Shown in pieces: positions 58,689 through 64,000 of a stretch of 64,000 nt of DNA. How positions within the stretch are numbered: the first letter of the stretch is position 1; every line of letters begins with the position of its first letter. The notes under the pieces were generated by a model that was not told the origin of the DNA, made no database searches, and saw only the letters and a program-made list of their open reading frames with translations. The stretch spans positions 41,902-105,901 of the forward strand of contig PBEC01000011.1 in NCBI GenBank assembly GCA_002717515.1. The letters run 5' to 3'. Source of the DNA: Flavobacteriales bacterium. GTDB lineage: Bacteria > Bacteroidota > Bacteroidia > Flavobacteriales_C > GCA-002722245. Both the position numbers and the translations under genes were made by a program.

Positions 58689-60560
58689 ATGGGATTTTTT
58701 AAAGAATATGAAGTTATTGTTGTGGGAGCTGGTCATGCTGGCTGTGAGGCTGCATATGCAGCAGGAAAGATGGGTAGTAAAACTCTTCTTATAACTTTAA
58801 ATATGAATAATATAGCTCAAATGAGCTGTAATCCAGCCGTTGGAGGTATTGCAAAAGGTCAAATTGTTAGAGAAATCGATGCACTAGGTGGAATGATGGG
58901 GATTGTTACCGATGAAACAATGATTCAATCCAAAATGCTAAACAGAAGTAAAGGTCCTGCAATGTGGAGTCCAAGAGCGCAATCGGACAGAATGATGTTT
59001 TCGAATTCATGGAGATTAAAATTAGAACAAAATTCAAACGTAGATTTTTGGCAAGACATGGTTACCGATGTTATAGTTAAAAATGATAAAATAAAAGGTG
59101 TTAGAACGCAATTAGGTCTTGAATTTGGAGCGAACTCTGTTATTTTAACCAACGGGACCTTTTTAAATGGAAAAATCCATATAGGAGAAAAAAACTTTGG
59201 TGGAGGACGAGCTGCTGAAAGAGCATCAATTGGATTAACAGCATCTTTAGAGAACTTTGGTTTTGAGAGTGGTAGAATGAAAACAGGAACTCCTCCAAGA
59301 GTTGATGCAAGGTCGCTTGATTTTTCAAAAATGGAAGAACAACCAGGTGATAAAAACCCTCCAACATTCTCATATACAAAAACTAAACCTCTAAAAAAAC
59401 AAAGGAGTTGTTGGTTAACATATACAAACACCGAAGTTCATGATATACTAAAAACTGGTTTTGAAAAATCACCTATGTTCTCAGGTAGAATTCAAGGACT
59501 AGGTCCAAGATATTGTCCTTCAATAGAAGATAAAATTGATCGTTTTTCACAAAGAGATCGTCATCAAATTTTTGTCGAACCTGAAGGTTGGAATACAGTA
59601 GAAGTATATGTTAATGGTTTTTCAACCTCTTTACCAGAGGACGTACAATACAAAGCTCTGCAAAAAATAGTAGGATTTGAAAATGCGAAAATGTTTCGTC
59701 CTGGCTATGCTATTGAATACGACTTTTTCCCACCTACTCAATTGACTCACACACTTGAAACAAAAAAAGTTGAAGGTTTATTTTTTGCAGGACAAATTAA
59801 TGGGACAACAGGATACGAAGAAGCCGGAGCACAAGGAATTATAGCAGGGATAAATGCTCATATTAAAGTACACAATTCAACCAAAAAATTCATATTGGGT
59901 AGAGATCAGGCCTATATAGGTGTTTTGATAGATGATTTAATTACAAAGGGAACAGATGAACCATATAGAATGTTTACTTCTAGAGCTGAATATAGAATCT
60001 TATTAAGACAAGATAATGCTGACGAAAGACTTACTAAACTCGGTTATGACATTGGTTTAGCAGAAAAATACAGACTTGAAAAAGTAAAAGAAAAACATAT
60101 AAGTGTCAAAAATATTATTAATGATTTTAAAAAAACAAGTATACAACCTGATTTAATCAATAGTGTTTTAAAGGAAAAAAATAGTTCGGAAATAAAACAA
60201 AAAACGAAGGCTTACAACATAGTACTAAGACCTCAAATATCAATTATTGATTTACAAATAGATCCACACATAGAAAATATTATTAAAAACCAATCGCAAG
60301 AAGTCATTGAACAAGCAGAAATCTTAATGAAATATGATGGATATATTTCAAAAGAAAAAGAGATGGTTAATAAATTAAAGAAGATTGATTCAATAAAAAT
60401 TAAACCCGACTTTAATTACAGTTTAATTAAAACTCTTTCTGCTGAAGCTGTTCAGAAATTAACAAAAATCAAACCTACTAATTTAGGTCAAGCAAGTAGA
60501 GTATCAGGTGTAAGCCCCTCAGATATATCAAATTTGATGATTTATTTAGATAAAAATTAA
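58689..60560 (+). CDS. mnmG: tRNA uridine-5-carboxymethylaminomethyl synthesis enzyme MnmG (GidA)
   Basis: N-terminal FAD motif YEVIVVGAGHAGCEAA and conserved GidA core (GPRYCPSIEDK). Length 623 aa. Confidence 0.95.
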   Translation: MGFFKEYEVIVVGAGHAGCEAAYAAGKMGSKTLLITLNMNNIAQMSCNPAVGGIAKGQIVREIDALGGMMGIVTDETMIQSKMLNRSKGPAMWSPRAQSDRMMFSNSWRLKLEQNSNVDFWQDMVTDVIVKNDKIKGVRTQLGLEFGANSVILTNGTFLNGKIHIGEKNFGGGRAAERASIGLTASLENFGFESGRMKTGTPPRVDARSLDFSKMEEQPGDKNPPTFSYTKTKPLKKQRSCWLTYTNTEVHDILKTGFEKSPMFSGRIQGLGPRYCPSIEDKIDRFSQRDRHQIFVEPEGWNTVEVYVNGFSTSLPEDVQYKALQKIVGFENAKMFRPGYAIEYDFFPPTQLTHTLETKKVEGLFFAGQINGTTGYEEAGAQGIIAGINAHIKVHNSTKKFILGRDQAYIGVLIDDLITKGTDEPYRMFTSRAEYRILLRQDNADERLTKLGYDIGLAEKYRLEKVKEKHISVKNIINDFKKTSIQPDLINSVLKEKNSSEIKQKTKAYNIVLRPQISIIDLQIDPHIENIIKNQSQEVIEQAEILMKYDGYISKEKEMVNKLKKIDSIKIKPDFNYSLIKTLSAEAVQKLTKIKPTNLGQASRVSGVSPSDISNLMIYLDKN

Positions 60561-60561
60561 T

Positions 60562-60577
60562 TGTTCCACGTGGAACA
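60562..60577. promoter_or_regulatory. perfect 16-bp palindrome TGTTCCACGTGGAACA (candidate operator and/or mnmG terminator hairpin)
   Basis: Read directly from the sequence. It is self-complementary over 16 bp, centred on CACGTG. It sits 2 bp after the mnmG stop and 15 bp before the ATG of the HTH-protein gene. Confidence 0.4.
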
Positions 60578-60592
60578 TTAAAAAAAAGACCA

Positions 60593-61588
60593 ATGGATAA
60601 TTATTTGGTTATACAAGAAAAATTATTAGAAAAAATAAAAGAGAAATCGAAAGATAAACTCGTTGATGTTTTAATGAACACACTTCATGTAAGTTTAGAT
60701 AGTGCATACAGAAGGATTCGTTTGGAAAAAATCTTAACTCTTGATGAGGTAATTAAAATAAGTAACAGATTTAATATATCAATAGATCATCTAATCAGTC
60801 ATGATTCTTCTGATTCAGTTTTATTTTCTTTCCCTTTTAAATCTTCACAATTTGATTTAGAAGAATATTTTAATAAAATCTTAACTCATTTAATTAAAGT
60901 GAAAGAGGGTAATGGGGTAATGTATTATTCAGCAAAAGATATTCCAATTTTTCATTTTTTTCAGGATAAAAAATTATTGGCATTTAAATTACATTACTGG
61001 CTGAATTCAATGAATAGAACTGAAGAAATAAGAAAGACAGAGTTTAATTATGATTTTATACCTGCACCGATAGCAGAATTAACTAAAAAAATATACACAG
61101 TATACTCCCAAATAAAAACACATGAGATATGGAATAATGAAACTTTAACACGAAGTTCCAGTCAAATAACATATTATTACGAAATGGGAATTTTAACTAA
61201 AACCCAAGCAAATGAACTACAATTAAGACTCATTGATTTTATCAAACATCTTAACAGTGAATGTGAGATAGGTATAAAATACTTTATAGATCACGAACCA
61301 TACTCAACAGAAGAGAACTACTATTTTTATTGTAATGAAATAGTCTCAACAGATAATTCAATATACGCAGAATACGACAATATTAAAGAATCATTTTTAC
61401 CTCATATCCTTTTGAATTATATGACAACGGATAATATTCAGTATTCGGAATACAATAAAAGTGTTTTTGATACTGTAATCAATAAATCGACACTAATAAC
61501 AAAGGTGAATGAAAAAGACAGAAGAAAATTCTTTAATTTCAACAAACAATTTATTGAAAAACAAATCAATAAAATTGAAATTATTTAG
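60593..61588 (+). CDS. helix-turn-helix domain protein (putative transcriptional regulator), 331 aa
   Basis: N-terminal segment VDVLMNTLHVSLDSAYRRIRLEKILTLDEVIKISNRFNISIDHLI resembles the HTH N-terminus of a Bacteroidetes regulator family. The remainder is unassigned. Confidence 0.5.
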   Translation: MDNYLVIQEKLLEKIKEKSKDKLVDVLMNTLHVSLDSAYRRIRLEKILTLDEVIKISNRFNISIDHLISHDSSDSVLFSFPFKSSQFDLEEYFNKILTHLIKVKEGNGVMYYSAKDIPIFHFFQDKKLLAFKLHYWLNSMNRTEEIRKTEFNYDFIPAPIAELTKKIYTVYSQIKTHEIWNNETLTRSSSQITYYYEMGILTKTQANELQLRLIDFIKHLNSECEIGIKYFIDHEPYSTEENYYFYCNEIVSTDNSIYAEYDNIKESFLPHILLNYMTTDNIQYSEYNKSVFDTVINKSTLITKVNEKDRRKFFNFNKQFIEKQINKIEII

Positions 61589-63416
61589 AAAAATAAGCAA
61601 CTAGTATTTTAGCTTTATGTTCGCCTATTTCATTAGTTAATTCTTCTAATGAGGCTTTTTTTATTTTTTGTACGGTTTTAAATTTAACCAATAATGAAGT
61701 TATTGTTTTATCCCCTATACCTTTAATTGCATTTAATTCAGAATCAAATATTTTTTTACTTCTTCTGTTCCGATGGTGATTAATACTAAATCGATGCGCT
61801 TCATTCCTACAAAACTGAATAAGTTTTAGCGCGGAGCTTCTTTTATCAATATACATTGGAAAAGGATCACCAGGAAAAAATATCTCCTCTAATCGTTTGG
61901 CAATTCCAATTACTGCAATCTTGCCTTTCAAACCTATTTTATTTAAAGCAGATAACGCTGAATTCAACTGACCTTTACCTCCATCAATAATAATTAAATT
62001 AGGTAAAAGACCTTTTTCTCTTAATATACGAGAGTATCTTCTCTCAATCACTTCTTGCATAGAGGCATAATCATTCGGCCCTTGAACTCTTTTTATATTA
62101 AAAATTCTATAATCTTTTTTAGATGGTAAACCATTTTTAAAAACAATACAGGCACTAACAGGAAATTCTCCCTGTATATTGCTATTATCAAAACATTCAA
62201 TATGTAATGGCAATGTGTTTAAACGTAATTTTGATTGCAATTCAATTAAAGAAGAATTACTTGATTTACTTTTAATTGTTTTGCTTTTTAATATTTCTAA
62301 TCCATAAAATTTAGCATTTCTAAAAGATAAATCAACCAATTCCTTTTTTTGACCCTTAACCGGTACAATCATTCTGACATTCAGAGGATTTGATTTTAAT
62401 TTAAAAGGAATTAATACTTCTTTACTTTGTGAGTGAAATTCATCTCTTAAAGAGATTATATAATGCATAAGAACATCCTCTGGAGATTCCTTAAATTTAA
62501 CTTTTAATTCAGCATTATGACTCTGTATAATTGCTCCATTTACGACCTTAAAGTAATTTACAAAATACTGATTATCAGAGTTATAAATCCCAAAAACATC
62601 GATATTTGTAATTTTATAAGAAACTACAGTTGATTTACTTTGGTATTCATTCAGTAGTGATAATGAATTTTTAATCAACTGGGCATTTTCAAAATCTAAA
62701 TTTGAAGCATAGAAATCCATTTGACCTTTAAGATATTTTTGAACTTTTGATAAATTACCATTAAGAATGTTCTTTATCTGATTGATTTTTAACAAGTAAT
62801 CATATTCACTTTCTTCACCGATACAAGGACCTTTACAATTTCCAATATGATACTCCAAGCAAACTTTAAAACCAGAAGTCTTAATATTTTCTTCAGATAG
62901 GTTTAAATTACAGTCTCTTAATTGAAAAAGTTCCTTAAATAATTTAAGTAACGTATTAACCATTTTAACAGAGGTATATGGACCGAAGTATTGACTACCA
63001 TCTTTAATTACCTTACGCGTACTGAAAACGCGAGGAAACGACTCATTGGAAATACATACCCAAGGATAAGTTTTATCATCTTTTAATAAAATATTATAAA
63101 CTGGTTTGTATTTCTTTATGAGACTATTCTCTAAAAGTAAGGCGTCTTGTTCACTCTTTGTAATAATGAATTTAACATCTCTAATCTTACTAATTAAAAC
63201 CTTGGTTTTACCAGTTTGATCTTTTGTAAAATAACTCAGGACTCTCTTTCTTAAATTCTTTGCTTTTCCAATATATATAATGCATTTATTATCATAAAAC
63301 TGATAAACACCGGATTCAGTAGGAAGCTGTTTTAAAAGTTTATCTATTTGATTATCTATTTGATTCACTGTGTTTTTAATAAATGAAAAAACATTCCATT
63401 TAACAAGAATAATCAC
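61581..63416 (-). CDS. uvrC: excinuclease ABC subunit C
   Basis: GIY-YIG motif (GVYQFYDNKCIIYIGKAKNLRKRVLSY), a UvrBC-interaction region, an RNase-H-like endonuclease domain and a C-terminal (HhH)2. The true start is probably the internal GTG at 63368 (MNQIDNQIDKLLKQLP...), not the track start at 63416. Confidence 0.9.
   Translation of the reverse strand: MIILVKWNVFSFIKNTVNQIDNQIDKLLKQLPTESGVYQFYDNKCIIYIGKAKNLRKRVLSYFTKDQTGKTKVLISKIRDVKFIITKSEQDALLLENSLIKKYKPVYNILLKDDKTYPWVCISNESFPRVFSTRKVIKDGSQYFGPYTSVKMVNTLLKLFKELFQLRDCNLNLSEENIKTSGFKVCLEYHIGNCKGPCIGEESEYDYLLKINQIKNILNGNLSKVQKYLKGQMDFYASNLDFENAQLIKNSLSLLNEYQSKSTVVSYKITNIDVFGIYNSDNQYFVNYFKVVNGAIIQSHNAELKVKFKESPEDVLMHYIISLRDEFHSQSKEVLIPFKLKSNPLNVRMIVPVKGQKKELVDLSFRNAKFYGLEILKSKTIKSKSSNSSLIELQSKLRLNTLPLHIECFDNSNIQGEFPVSACIVFKNGLPSKKDYRIFNIKRVQGPNDYASMQEVIERRYSRILREKGLLPNLIIIDGGKGQLNSALSALNKIGLKGKIAVIGIAKRLEEIFFPGDPFPMYIDKRSSALKLIQFCRNEAHRFSINHHRNRRSKKIFDSELNAIKGIGDKTITSLLVKFKTVQKIKKASLEELTNEIGEHKAKILVAYFSK
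63341..63364. repeat. perfect 12-bp tandem duplication (tatctatttgat x2) in the 5' end of uvrC
   Basis: Read directly from the sequence. On the minus strand it encodes NQID-NQID immediately after the probable start codon. Confidence 0.6.
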
Positions 63417-63452
63417 TAAATTGTATATTCCAAAACTCCTTAACTAAAACCT

Positions 63453-64000
63453 ATGAGACTCCTTAAACTAAAGTTCACAATATTATCCATCATTTTTTCA
63501 TCTTTTGCTTTTGCTCAATTACCCAGTAAAGTTTTGGTAGGATATTGGGAGAATTGGGGAAGTTTAAGATTAAAAGATGTGGATGATCGATACAATGTCA
63601 TTTGTTTGGCTTTTCTTGAAGCTGATAAAACATCTTATGCTACACCATACGACAACAATGTGGAAGATTTAGAATTCACACCAACAAACAAAACAACTTT
63701 AAAATCGGATATTCCAATTGTTCAATCTGAAGGTAAAAAAGTTCTGATCAGTATTGGAGGAGGTAATGGTTCATTCAGATTAGAAAACACAACCGATAAA
63801 AATACCTTTGTTACAAAGGTTAAAGATTTCATCACAGAATATGGTGTAGACGGTATTGATATTGATTTGGAACAAAAAACCTACGTCTGTGCAACAAGTA
63901 ATTCAGCTGCAAAAATAAATAGTCCGACAGATGTCCATATTACGAATCTGATTGACGGTATTAAAGAAATAATGTCCTGGTACGAATCTCTTTACAATAA
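63453..64000 (+). CDS. secreted glycoside hydrolase family 18 (chitinase-like) protein, 5' portion (continues beyond window)
   Basis: ATG at 63453 and signal peptide MRLLKLKFTILSIIFSSFAFAQ. GH18 motifs KVLISIGGGNG and DGIDIDLE (a DGxDxDWE catalytic-motif variant). The ORF is open to the window end. Confidence 0.65.
   Translation, partial: MRLLKLKFTILSIIFSSFAFAQLPSKVLVGYWENWGSLRLKDVDDRYNVICLAFLEADKTSYATPYDNNVEDLEFTPTNKTTLKSDIPIVQSEGKKVLISIGGGNGSFRLENTTDKNTFVTKVKDFITEYGVDGIDIDLEQKTYVCATSNSAAKINSPTDVHITNLIDGIKEIMSWYESLYN

Overview
This 64 kb window is AT-rich and gene-dense. Its gene content and signal-peptide style point to a Flavobacteriia-type Bacteroidetes chromosome, and I identified no tRNA, rRNA, CRISPR array, transposase or integrase in it. 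It carries housekeeping genes (leuS, gltX, mnmG, ybeY, uvrC, asd, ispD, dprA, thiL, argB and argF') interleaved with accessory material. Every domain assignment below is by-eye recognition of motifs in the supplied translations; no HMM or BLAST search was run.

The largest accessory block is a co-directional surface-polysaccharide locus of about 20 kb (8939-29000, + strand) whose genes mostly overlap or abut by a few bases. It opens with wza and a kinase-less wzz. It contains an almost complete legionaminic-acid-type nonulosonic-acid module: an NDP-sugar 4,6-dehydratase, a DegT aminotransferase, a NeuD-like acetyltransferase, a NeuB-like synthase, a NeuC-like hydrolysing 2-epimerase and a PtmE-like CBS-nucleotidyltransferase. 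No CMP-sugar synthetase is present in the window. The locus also encodes a GT4 glycosyltransferase, a nitroreductase-family protein, a Wzy-like polymerase, a pyruvyl transferase, a Wzx flippase, an unknown 452-aa protein and an O-acetyltransferase. It ends with a WbuX/WbuY/WbuZ-like triad (a PP-loop amidotransferase plus HisH and HisF paralogs) that predicts an acetimidoyl-modified sugar.

The other main observations are listed here.
- One ORF (6065-8011, - strand) fuses an FAD-type lycopene beta-cyclase (CrtY) to a Brp/Blh beta-carotene 15,15'-dioxygenase. It has no canonical start codon that covers its Rossmann beta-strand.
- A three-gene operon of secreted proteins (33018-40356, - strand) encodes a 1106-aa protein with a TPR-like head and about 30 MORN-variant (YwqK-like) repeats, followed by two DUF3857/transglutaminase-like proteins.
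- A T9SS-targeted lamin-tail-domain protein (50357-51971) is interrupted by a +1 frameshift inside an A9 homopolymer.
- A 1109-aa membrane-anchored coiled-coil protein lies directly upstream of an anti-sigma-like ATPase, ybeY and mnmG.
- A perfect 16-bp palindrome sits just upstream of an HTH regulator gene.
- Two perfect back-to-back hairpin terminators sit between convergent genes at 48958-49074.
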